Shown: in pieces, positions 37,405 to 46,240 of the stretch
Layout: every line of letters begins with the position of its first letter
How positions within the stretch are numbered: position 1 is the stretch's first letter
NCBI GenBank assembly: GCA_934097085.1
Contig: CAKONK010000004.1
Location: forward strand, 1,907 to 65,906
From: an uncultured Bacilli bacterium
GTDB lineage: Bacteria > Bacillota_I > Bacilli_A > RF39 > UBA660
Reading direction: 5' to 3'
Length of the DNA stretch: 64,000 bases
Made by a program: the position numbers and the translations under genes
The notes under the pieces: model-generated
Told to the model about the DNA's origin: nothing
Database searches by the model: none
The model's input: the letters and a program-made list of their open reading frames with translations, nothing else

Positions 37405-38140
37405 CTAAATCCCTCCATATTTTATCGTAATAATCACTAAATTCTTTACATTTACGATTATTTATTGGGGTGGATTTATTTTCCATTTCAATGTCATAAA
37501 TTTTTTTGACTATACTAGGTCTTTTCGAAAGAACTATTATTTTATCACTTAAACTTATGGCTTCGGCAATGTCGTGAGTAATCATAATAACAGTTTTCTT
37601 TTCTTTTTTAATTATATTATAAACATCTTCAGAAACACTTAATCTTGATTGGTAGTCTAGAGCGGAAAAAGGTTCATCTAAAAGTAGTATATCCGGTTTA
37701 ATAGCAAGTGTCCTGATTAAAGCAACTCTTTGTTTCATACCACCAGAAAGTTCTTTCGGATATTTATAGATAAAGTCCCTTAAACCATAAGTTTCTAAAA
37801 GTTTTTTTGTATAATCAATATTTTCTTTTGTTTTGATTTTCTTTAAAGATAAACCTAGTGTTGCATTGTCAAGAATATTTAAATAAGGAAGAAGAGCATC
37901 TTCCTGAAGCATATAACCAATTACAGGATTTTCTTTATAAAATTTTATTGTGCCATTTGTTTTTTCGAGTAAGCCAGAAATAATATTAAGTAGAGTTGAC
38001 TTTCCACATCCTGATGAACCAACAATTGCAATAAAGTCTTGATTATTTACATCAAAAGAAATATTTTTTATAGCATTAATTTCTCCATTTAAAGTGTTAA
38101 ATGTTTTAGATATATTATTAATTTCTAATAATTTTTGCAT
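37394..38140 (-). CDS. ABC transporter ATP-binding protein (NitT/TauT-type)
   Basis: GSSGCGKST Walker A, LSGGMKQRVALIRTL signature. Confidence 0.8.
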   Translation of the reverse strand: MQKLLEINNISKTFNTLNGEINAIKNISFDVNNQDFIAIVGSSGCGKSTLLNIISGLLEKTNGTIKFYKENPVIGYMLQEDALLPYLNILDNATLGLSLKKIKTKENIDYTKKLLETYGLRDFIYKYPKELSGGMKQRVALIRTLAIKPDILLLDEPFSALDYQSRLSVSEDVYNIIKKEKKTVIMITHDIAEAISLSDKIIVLSKRPSIVKKIYDIEMENKSTPINNRKCKEFSDYYDKIWRDLDEI

Positions 38141-38285
38141 TTTATCACCTATGATATTTTATGCACTAATAAATTTATAATCTATTTAATTAGTTTAGAA
38201 TTCAACTGATAGTTGAGTAAATTCAATGATTAGTTTATTGTTTTTATTAATATCTTAAAGTATGATGAATATGAAAGGAGTAGAA

Positions 38286-38960
38286 ATGAAAAAAATAATT
38301 TATTTAATAATTGGTATTTTAGTAGGAGGATTGCTTTCATATTTTATTTTTAATAAAGTTGAAACTTTAGAAAAACTTCCTAAACCTGAAGTAACTGAAG
38401 GTGAAAGGGGAATGCTTGGCATTGATAAAAATATTAATGAAAAAACTATTGATAAGTATCTAAGAAGAAGTGATTCAGTTTATCGTGATATGAGAATGCT
38501 ATCAGATCCTGGTAATTATGAAGCTATTGGTGGTGATTCAATGCTTTCTGGAACAATAAAAGGTTTTGAAGTAATTCCTTATCCATATTTAACTAAAGTA
38601 AAAGGACTTCCTGAGGCTGTCGGAAAAACATATGATGGAAAAACTTTATTTACAGAAAATGAAGATGGAACTTATTCACCAAATTATAAAGAATCTATGG
38701 AATTTTTAGAAATGTATTTTCCTAAAGATAAAAATATTTTCTTAATGTGTGGTGGAGGCGGTTATGCTGGCATGACAAAGAAGCTTTTAGTATCACTTGG
38801 ATGGGATGAAAATAAGATTTATGATATAGGTGGATATTGGTTCTATGATGGTGATAATAATGTTCAAATTAAAAAAGAAGAAAATGGCAAAACTATTTAT
38901 GAATTTTGGAAAGTAACTTATCATGAAATAAATTTCGATAACTTTACGGAGATTAAATAG
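38286..38960 (+). CDS. membrane-anchored rhodanese-like domain protein
   Basis: TM helix then C-terminal FLMCGGGGYAGMTKKLLVSLGW...GGYWFY, which resembles a rhodanese active-site loop. Confidence 0.4.
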   Translation: MKKIIYLIIGILVGGLLSYFIFNKVETLEKLPKPEVTEGERGMLGIDKNINEKTIDKYLRRSDSVYRDMRMLSDPGNYEAIGGDSMLSGTIKGFEVIPYPYLTKVKGLPEAVGKTYDGKTLFTENEDGTYSPNYKESMEFLEMYFPKDKNIFLMCGGGGYAGMTKKLLVSLGWDENKIYDIGGYWFYDGDNNVQIKKEENGKTIYEFWKVTYHEINFDNFTEIK

Positions 38961-39403
38961 TGAAAAAAATATTGATAATAATATTTTTTTTACTGGTATT
39001 ATGTGGTTGCCAAAAAGAAGAGAAAATAGAAAAGTTTTATTTGAATGATGATTATTACGGTTTATCAGGATTAAAAGAAGTTAAGTCAGATGAATTAAAA
39101 GATGATGATAGTTTTTTACTCTTTACATATAACTATTATTGCTCATTAGCGATACCATGTGATGAGATATTTAAAAGTTTTTCAGAAAATAATAATGTGG
39201 AAATATTATCTATGTCAATTGATGAATTTAAAAAAACTTCATATTATAAAACAGTAAAATATGCTCCTTCAGTATTAATAATTAAGAATGGTAAAATTGT
39301 GACTTTCCTTGATGCAGAAAAAAATAGTGATATTGAAAAATATCAGGATGTTGAAAAATTTACTGAATGGATAAGTAAATATATTTATTTAGCAAAAGAT
39401 TAG
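38960..39403 (+). CDS. lipoprotein, possible thioredoxin-like fold
   Basis: Lipobox LVLCGC; 147 aa. Confidence 0.35.
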   Translation: MKKILIIIFFLLVLCGCQKEEKIEKFYLNDDYYGLSGLKEVKSDELKDDDSFLLFTYNYYCSLAIPCDEIFKSFSENNNVEILSMSIDEFKKTSYYKTVKYAPSVLIIKNGKIVTFLDAEKNSDIEKYQDVEKFTEWISKYIYLAKD

Positions 39404-39501
39404 AATTAACTTTCTAATTTTTTTTGACAATACTTATTGAAAATAAAAATAATTGTTGTTATAATTGATATGATAGATGATAGTATCAAAGGAGGATAAA
39501 A

Positions 39502-40272
39502 ATGGGAAATATTAGTGCATTTATTAAAAAAACTATAGCAAATAAAAATACAGTTACTATTTTGCTAGTACTTGCGGGGGTTGTAGTTTTGTGGTTCTTT
39601 TATAATATGAGGGTTAAAGAAGCAACAACGCCTATTAAGGTACCTTATGCAAAAGAAGAACTTCATGCTACTGATGAAATAACAGAGGATAAAATAGGAA
39701 TGGTTGAAGTTAATAGTAAACTATTAAAAACTGCAGATATAATTCAAAATCAAGGTTCATTAATAGGATATTATGTTACAACTGGAACCTCTATTCCAAA
39801 GGGTGGACTATTTTATAAAGCTCAAGTAGTAACTAAAGCAGAACTTCCTAATTCAGTTTTTGATGATATTCCTGATAAACATACAATTTATAGTATGTCA
39901 GTTAATAATCATACAACATTTGGAAATTCAATATATCCTGGTGATAAAATTGACCTTTATTTAAAGGCTACAGATGATTCAGGAAAAATCATGTTTGGTA
40001 AGTTTATTGAAAGTATTTCTGTTTTAGGTGTTCGTGATAGTAGTGGTAAAGATGTTTTTGGTTCAACTGAAACAAGAACACCTGCTGAACTTTTATTTGC
40101 GGTACCAAATGATATGTATGAACTTTTAATGAAAGCTGGTTATGTATCTGGAATTACTCTTGTACCAGTTCCTAGAAATAAACATTATACTGATTTAAAT
40201 GCTGATACAGTTACAATAGAATACTTAAAGAATTTCATTTTAGCAAAGACTGCTACATTACCAACAGAATAA
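39502..40272 (+). CDS. Flp pilus assembly protein CpaB/RcpC-like (SAF domain)
   Basis: 256 aa; N-terminal TM; precedes the Tad ATPase. Confidence 0.5.
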   Translation: MGNISAFIKKTIANKNTVTILLVLAGVVVLWFFYNMRVKEATTPIKVPYAKEELHATDEITEDKIGMVEVNSKLLKTADIIQNQGSLIGYYVTTGTSIPKGGLFYKAQVVTKAELPNSVFDDIPDKHTIYSMSVNNHTTFGNSIYPGDKIDLYLKATDDSGKIMFGKFIESISVLGVRDSSGKDVFGSTETRTPAELLFAVPNDMYELLMKAGYVSGITLVPVPRNKHYTDLNADTVTIEYLKNFILAKTATLPTE

Positions 40273-40288
40273 AAAGGAGTGATATTTT

Positions 40289-41407
40289 GTGAAAGATACA
40301 ATATTTTCACAGTTAGATTTTGGCCCTATTACAGAGTTTTTAAATGATGATAATATTACCGATATTTCATATTCAAATGGAGGAAATGTTTGGTTAAAAA
40401 CTCTAGATAAGGGTATATACATGGTCAATAGACCGGAAATAAATAATGCTTTAATGGAAAAACTTGCTTTCCAATGTTCAAATGTTATGGGAACAACATT
40501 TAATATGGCACACCCATTTTTGGATGCTGAAAGTACAGAACTTCGTCTTAACTTCGTTCATGAAAGTATTGCCACTAATGGAATAGCATGTGTTATAAGA
40601 AAAACACCGGCAAAAATAAGATTAAATAAAAATAAATTATTAAGTGAAAAATATATTACAGAAAATGTTCATAATTTTTTAATATCATGTGTAAAAGCGC
40701 ATTGTAATATACTAATTTCTGGAGAAACTGGTTCAGGTAAAACCGAACTTGCTAAATATCTTGCTTCGAATACTGAAGAAAATGAAAAAATTATTACAAT
40801 TGAGGATACACTTGAACTTCACCTTGATAGAATATTTCCTCATAGAGATATTGTTGCAATGAAAACTAATAATATTGCATCATATTCTGATGTATTGGTT
40901 ACTTGTATGAGACAGAACCCCAAATGGATATTACTTTCCGAAGTTCGTTCTGCAGAAGCAGTTACCGCTGTTCGTAACTCAATATCATCAGGACATAACA
41001 TTATATCAACAATTCACTCAGATAGTGCAAGCCACATTCCAATGCGTATGTATTCACTACTTGAAAGTAACCAAGATATTGAACAATTTTTGAAATCTAT
41101 TCATAGATATGTACAAATTGGTATTCATGTTAAGGGTTACATGAGTGCAGAACTTCAAAGATTTCAGCGTGAAATAGTTGAGGTTGTTGAATTTTATGTT
41201 GACGAAAATAATGAAGCAAAGTCTAATAAGATTTTTTCTAAAAGCTTAGATGGAACAATTAGTTATAATATGCCAACTAAATATTTAAAAGATTATTTTG
41301 GAGCACAAGGAAAAATTTTGGATGAATCTTTATTTAGTGAGGTAAATAATAGTGTTCCAAAAGAAACAAATAATATAAATCAAAATGTTGAATTAGATTC
41401 ATTATAG
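40289..41407 (+). CDS. Tad/type II-IV secretion ATPase (CpaF/TadA family)
   Basis: Walker A GETGSGKTEL, Asp and His boxes. Confidence 0.8.
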   Translation: MKDTIFSQLDFGPITEFLNDDNITDISYSNGGNVWLKTLDKGIYMVNRPEINNALMEKLAFQCSNVMGTTFNMAHPFLDAESTELRLNFVHESIATNGIACVIRKTPAKIRLNKNKLLSEKYITENVHNFLISCVKAHCNILISGETGSGKTELAKYLASNTEENEKIITIEDTLELHLDRIFPHRDIVAMKTNNIASYSDVLVTCMRQNPKWILLSEVRSAEAVTAVRNSISSGHNIISTIHSDSASHIPMRMYSLLESNQDIEQFLKSIHRYVQIGIHVKGYMSAELQRFQREIVEVVEFYVDENNEAKSNKIFSKSLDGTISYNMPTKYLKDYFGAQGKILDESLFSEVNNSVPKETNNINQNVELDSL

Positions 41408-41419
41408 AAAGGAGTTTTT

Positions 41420-42316
41420 ATGATAGAATTTATTATATTACTATTTTTAGGAATTTTTATAATACTATATCGTAAAAATCCTGGAGAAAATGTATATAAA
41501 TTTTTTATTACGACAGCATCTAATGCATATGAAAAATATGCACCTTATTCTTTTAAAACAGTTAGAGCTAAAGCAAAAGAATTGGGACAAGAATTTACAA
41601 CTAGGCAGTATATTTCTCAAATAGTTATTTTTGCGGGATTTGCGGGTGTTGTTGCATATCTTTACTTTTATAATATTTTACTATCAATTTTATATGCAAC
41701 ATTAGCTATTTCAGTAATTCCATATTTAGCATATTTAAGATGTCAAAGAATTTATTCAGAGTTTATTTTTGAACAAATTGAAACATATACTACAAATGTT
41801 ATAATGGAATTTAATACTACGCAAAGTTTTGTTAAATCCCTTGAGGGTGTTAGAGATTCTGGTATTATTGAGGATCCTGTCCTTACTGATTTAAGAAAGA
41901 TGATTGATATGTCATATCAAAATGGAACAATTGATGAATCGATTGATTATTTTAATAAAAAATATCCATATTATATGGTCAAAAACATGCATCAATTATT
42001 CTTTCAAATTACAAAAGAGGGTGCTAGAGATGCAGGCCAAAGTTTGGAAAATATGGCAATGGATATCGATGCTCTTGTTGAGGGCGTTTATAGAGATCAA
42101 ATGGATAGAAAACAATTCCATTCTAAATTTATTAGATTTGGACTTGCACTATTTTTCTTAATTTTGGCAGTTCAGTATATGTATGGTTCTGAAAGATATA
42201 TAGAACTTTTGGATTTATGGTACATACAAATAATCTTACATGCAATTATAATAGTTAACTCTTTATTCTTATTAAAGGGAGAAAAATATTACAATGAAGA
42301 TGTGGGGGTAGAATAG
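41420..42316 (+). CDS. TadB-like (T2SS F-domain) membrane protein
   Basis: 298 aa polytopic; follows the ATPase. Confidence 0.5.
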   Translation: MIEFIILLFLGIFIILYRKNPGENVYKFFITTASNAYEKYAPYSFKTVRAKAKELGQEFTTRQYISQIVIFAGFAGVVAYLYFYNILLSILYATLAISVIPYLAYLRCQRIYSEFIFEQIETYTTNVIMEFNTTQSFVKSLEGVRDSGIIEDPVLTDLRKMIDMSYQNGTIDESIDYFNKKYPYYMVKNMHQLFFQITKEGARDAGQSLENMAMDIDALVEGVYRDQMDRKQFHSKFIRFGLALFFLILAVQYMYGSERYIELLDLWYIQIILHAIIIVNSLFLLKGEKYYNEDVGVE

Positions 42317-42317
42317 T

Positions 42318-43109
42318 ATGTATTATGAAATAGTTATTTTAGGAGTTATTATTTACGGAATAATGTTTGCTACTGGACAAATTAGTTTTAGTAAATTAAT
42401 TAGTGATAACGAAGCCATTTTTAGAAAATTAAAGGAAAGTGATTGGGACTTCTATGTTAAAGCAAGGTATGGAAATGCCGTAAACCCTGATATTTTATTT
42501 AATCAAAGAGTAAGAAATGGTTTAATTACTTTAATACTTGCATTTTTATGGTCAATTACAGGTGGATTTTCCACAATAAAAATAGTTTTAGCCTGTGCTG
42601 CAGGGTATGGTGTATTCAAGTTAACATATATTAATTTACAGTCTTATTATAGAAAACATATTTCTCAAATTGATTCACTTTTACCACATTATTTAAAAAG
42701 TATTGAAATATTAATTCAACACTATACAGTTCCTGTGGCGATAGGTAAATCAATTACTGATGCACCAGAAATATTTAAACCAGGATTACAAGATTTAATT
42801 AATGCTATTAATTCAGGTGATGATTCAATTCAACCATATATGGAGTTTGCTAAAACATATCCAGTAAGAGATAGTATGAGAATGATGAGACTTTTATATA
42901 GATTAAGTTTAGGAAGACAAGAAAGAAAACAAGAACAATTACTAACTTTTTCTAAGTCAATTTCATCACTTCAACAAAAGGCAAGAGAGACAAGATATAA
43001 AAATAGACTTGATAAAATGGAAAGTATGACAATGAAGATGCTTATAACCACGGGTGTTGGTGTTATGATTGTTTTAGTACTAGCCGTTTTACAAATGATT
43101 AATTTATAA
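42318..43109 (+). CDS. TadC-like (T2SS F-domain) membrane protein
   Basis: 263 aa; same placement. Confidence 0.45.
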   Translation: MYYEIVILGVIIYGIMFATGQISFSKLISDNEAIFRKLKESDWDFYVKARYGNAVNPDILFNQRVRNGLITLILAFLWSITGGFSTIKIVLACAAGYGVFKLTYINLQSYYRKHISQIDSLLPHYLKSIEILIQHYTVPVAIGKSITDAPEIFKPGLQDLINAINSGDDSIQPYMEFAKTYPVRDSMRMMRLLYRLSLGRQERKQEQLLTFSKSISSLQQKARETRYKNRLDKMESMTMKMLITTGVGVMIVLVLAVLQMINL

Positions 43110-43177
43110 TGTAAATTATATTGATAAAAATAAAAAATATTGTTATAATAAAAATATAAAGTAAAGGAGGTAAGCAA

Positions 43178-43444
43178 ATGAAGGAAGCTACAGGTGAATT
43201 AAGTACAACAGTTATTACTGTAGTTGCTATTGCAGCTGTTTTAACATTATTTACTGTTTTCCTATATCCATCTTTAAAAGGTGCTATTTTAGCAAGAGTA
43301 CATTGTTCTCAAGCTGTTGCGTGTGAAGGTACTGGTAAAGATAGAAAATGTAAATTTTATGAGGATGATGGGACTACTTTAAACAATACGCCAATAATTT
43401 GTCCTGAACAGGATGACGAAGCCAATAATAAACAAAAAAAATAA
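43178..43444 (+). CDS. Flp/Tad-type prepilin-like protein 1
   Basis: 88 aa; MKEATG then ELSTTVITVVAIAAV (class III signal, G-E cleavage-like motif), strong SD. Confidence 0.45.
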   Translation: MKEATGELSTTVITVVAIAAVLTLFTVFLYPSLKGAILARVHCSQAVACEGTGKDRKCKFYEDDGTTLNNTPIICPEQDDEANNKQKK

Positions 43445-43476
43445 AGATAAAACTTATTAAAAAGGAGTAAGAAAGT

Positions 43477-43698
43477 ATGAAAAATGCTACTGGGGAGCTA
43501 TCAAATCTAATAGTTGTTGTAATTTGTGTGGCTATTCTAGTAGCCTTTTTTTACTTTACTATTTGGCCAATGATTAAAAATAATTATATTATGCAAACAA
43601 GTTGTGAAAAGGCTAAATGTTCAACTGAGCCTGATAGTGATGGTTTGGTGAAGTGTTATTTAGATGGTAAAGAGTTTATGTGTAATTATAAGGGGTAG
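43477..43698 (+). CDS. Flp/Tad-type prepilin-like protein 2
   Basis: 73 aa; MKNATG then ELSNLIVVVICVAILVAFF; 4 Cys in C-terminal half. Confidence 0.45.
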   Translation: MKNATGELSNLIVVVICVAILVAFFYFTIWPMIKNNYIMQTSCEKAKCSTEPDSDGLVKCYLDGKEFMCNYKG

Positions 43699-43701
43699 AA
43701 G

Positions 43702-44220
43702 ATGAAAGAAGGAATAGGTGGAATACAATTATTTTTAATTGTTGTTATATTGGTTTTAACTTTTGCGGGAATTATGTCACTTACGATTAATCAATCCAAT
43801 GCATTTGCAATCAAAGATCAACTTGTATCAATTCTAGAAACTGCTGGAGGACTTGATCTATCTTCAGAATGTGTAAGTGGAAATTGTAATACAAGTATAA
43901 AGGATCAGGAAACTTTACAAAAAATTATTGATTCTTTGGATAGCAACTCATATAGACAAACTGGAGATTGTGAAAAAATAGCGGAAAATTTAAGTAGTAA
44001 AGCTGTTGTAGCTGGTTATACCCGAACTGGAGAAAAAACTTTAAGTGGTAAAAAAGATTCGTTTTGTATTGCCAAAATACCAGCTCAAAAAACTAATAGT
44101 GAAGATACTTTAAAGGGATATTATTATCAAATTTATGTTTTTTATCAACTTGATATTCCAATTATGAATGCTTTATTTAATTTTAGAGCAATAGGAGAAA
44201 CAAAATTATTATATAAATAG
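43702..44220 (+). CDS. prepilin-like/minor pilin candidate
   Basis: 172 aa; MKEGIGG then IQLFLIVVILVLTFAG. Confidence 0.35.
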   Translation: MKEGIGGIQLFLIVVILVLTFAGIMSLTINQSNAFAIKDQLVSILETAGGLDLSSECVSGNCNTSIKDQETLQKIIDSLDSNSYRQTGDCEKIAENLSSKAVVAGYTRTGEKTLSGKKDSFCIAKIPAQKTNSEDTLKGYYYQIYVFYQLDIPIMNALFNFRAIGETKLLYK

Positions 44221-44229
44221 GAGAAAAGA

Positions 44230-45228
44230 ATGAATGTAATTATTTCAAATAAAAATGAAAGTATTTTAATGAGTTTGGGAATTGATGTAATTAAAACATT
44301 AAATGGTGTTTTTACTGTGGATGATTTAGCTGCAACATTTAAAAACTTTTATTATAATAGAATGATACTTGATATTACAGCAATTGAGGATTATGAAAAC
44401 ATTAATACCATGCAAAATCTATCTGTTGCTTTTGATATGTCTAAAGTAATTATTTTGTTGGATGATTCAAATGTTGTATCTTCACCTATGTATTTATCAA
44501 GTTTAGTATCTATGGGCATTTACAATTTTACTAAAAATGCTGATGCAATTCCGTTTTTAATTGATAATCCAAATTCATATAAGGATGTTGCAAATTATCA
44601 AGATTTAAATATGCGTATGGAGGAACCTAAGCTTAATGATAATGCAAAAACAAATAATGTTGGATTTATAGGTCAAAGAATTATTGGAATTAAAAATGTT
44701 ACAGAACATGCTGGAGCAACAACTCTTACATATTTATTAAAAAAACACTTAGAAAAGAATTATAAAGTTAAAGCATGTGAACTTGATAAAGGTGATTTAA
44801 TATATTTTAATGATAATAATCTAGATATTAATGTTAATAGTTTTGAATTAAATAAGTATTTAAGTAATTTAAATAATAATGAAACTGAAGTTATATTAAT
44901 AGATATGAATAATGCTGATGTTGAAAGTTATTTTACGGATGTTTTATATTTAATTGAACCTGGGCTTATTCAACTTAATAAATTAATAAAGTTAGATAGG
45001 CAAGCATTTAGTAAATTAAAAGGGAAAAAGATTATTTTAAATAGAAGTGTACTTTCACAAAGCGATGTAACTGATTTTGAAAAAGAAAGTGGAAGTAAAG
45101 TATTTTATAATATGCCAAATGTTGATGACAAAATTGATGATAATATTGTAATAAAAAAACTTCTTAAGGAGCTAGGGTTTACAAGAATTGATGATCATGA
45201 ATCAAAAGGATTTAGTATATTTAGATAA
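44230..45228 (+). CDS. hypothetical protein, possibly TadZ/CpaE-like pilus localisation protein
   Basis: 332 aa; weak degenerate P-loop region; locus context. Confidence 0.3.
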   Translation: MNVIISNKNESILMSLGIDVIKTLNGVFTVDDLAATFKNFYYNRMILDITAIEDYENINTMQNLSVAFDMSKVIILLDDSNVVSSPMYLSSLVSMGIYNFTKNADAIPFLIDNPNSYKDVANYQDLNMRMEEPKLNDNAKTNNVGFIGQRIIGIKNVTEHAGATTLTYLLKKHLEKNYKVKACELDKGDLIYFNDNNLDINVNSFELNKYLSNLNNNETEVILIDMNNADVESYFTDVLYLIEPGLIQLNKLIKLDRQAFSKLKGKKIILNRSVLSQSDVTDFEKESGSKVFYNMPNVDDKIDDNIVIKKLLKELGFTRIDDHESKGFSIFR

Positions 45229-45301
45229 ATAATGTAAAGTGTAAACTTAATTATTGACATAATTAGGTAAAAAAGGTAAAATAAAGGTATGTAAAGGAGA
45301 G

Positions 45302-45658
45302 TTGTATATGTCAGGTATTGATAATGTTGGAAATGGTGCTTTTTGTTCTACTACTGCTGAGGTATGGCAATTCATTGGAAGAATCGTTTTAATTTTAAAG
45401 ATAGTTATTCCTATTATGCTTATTGTTTTAGGAATTATTGGACTAGGAAAGGCTGTTCTTGCTGATGATGATAAAGAGATTAAAACACAAGTTAATAAAT
45501 TAATAACTAAATTTATTGCTGCAGTTGTTATATTCTTCTTACCAAACCTTGTTACAGCATGCTTCAAACTTGTTAATGGATTTAGTGAAGTTGAAGCTGA
45601 CTACATGATTTGTGTTAATTGTATAAGTAGTCCAAGTAGTTGTCAAGTTAGTAAATAG
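45302..45658 (+). CDS. small 2-TM protein with Cys-rich C-terminus (paralog A)
   Basis: 118 aa; core KIVIPIMLIVLGIIGLGKAVLADDDKEIK shared with the next ORF. Confidence 0.4.
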   Translation: MYMSGIDNVGNGAFCSTTAEVWQFIGRIVLILKIVIPIMLIVLGIIGLGKAVLADDDKEIKTQVNKLITKFIAAVVIFFLPNLVTACFKLVNGFSEVEADYMICVNCISSPSSCQVSK

Positions 45659-45738
45659 CCATTATATACAAAATAATGGTTTTTATTTGTAATTTTTCCT
45701 GATATATGGTATAGTATTGTTACCAAAGGGGTGAAATT

Positions 45739-46113
45739 ATGAACATTGGGACAGAAAATGGATTTTGTGCAAGTACTATAACTATTTGGCAAGGACTTGG
45801 TTATGTACTGTTAATATTTAAAATAATACTTCCTATAGTGCTTATTGTGTTAGGCATAATAACATTAGGAAAGTCTGTTATTTCTGATGATGATAAGGAA
45901 GTTAAAAAAGGTATCAAGGGACTTATAACAAAATTTATAATTGCAGTTGTAATATTTTTCTTACCAAGTATTATGAATGGTATTTATCCACTTATAACTG
46001 GGTTTGATATGGTAGAAAAAGATTATGATGTTTGTATGGAATGTTTTACACATCCAAAAGGAAGTTATTGCTTAAAAAAAGTTGATACTTATAATGAGAA
46101 TAATAGTAAATAA
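45739..46113 (+). CDS. small 2-TM protein with Cys-rich C-terminus (paralog B)
   Basis: 124 aa; KIILPIVLIVLGIITLGKSVISDDDKEVK; CMECFTHP...C. Confidence 0.4.
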   Translation: MNIGTENGFCASTITIWQGLGYVLLIFKIILPIVLIVLGIITLGKSVISDDDKEVKKGIKGLITKFIIAVVIFFLPSIMNGIYPLITGFDMVEKDYDVCMECFTHPKGSYCLKKVDTYNENNSK

Positions 46114-46240
46114 AACTATTATTTTTTTTATTTAAAATATATCGAACAAGTGTACTTGATTTATCTTTTTAAATATGTTATATTAATTATGCAAAAAATT
46201 TAATTTTTGTGGTAGAATAATAAAAGCAAGAAGGGATAAT

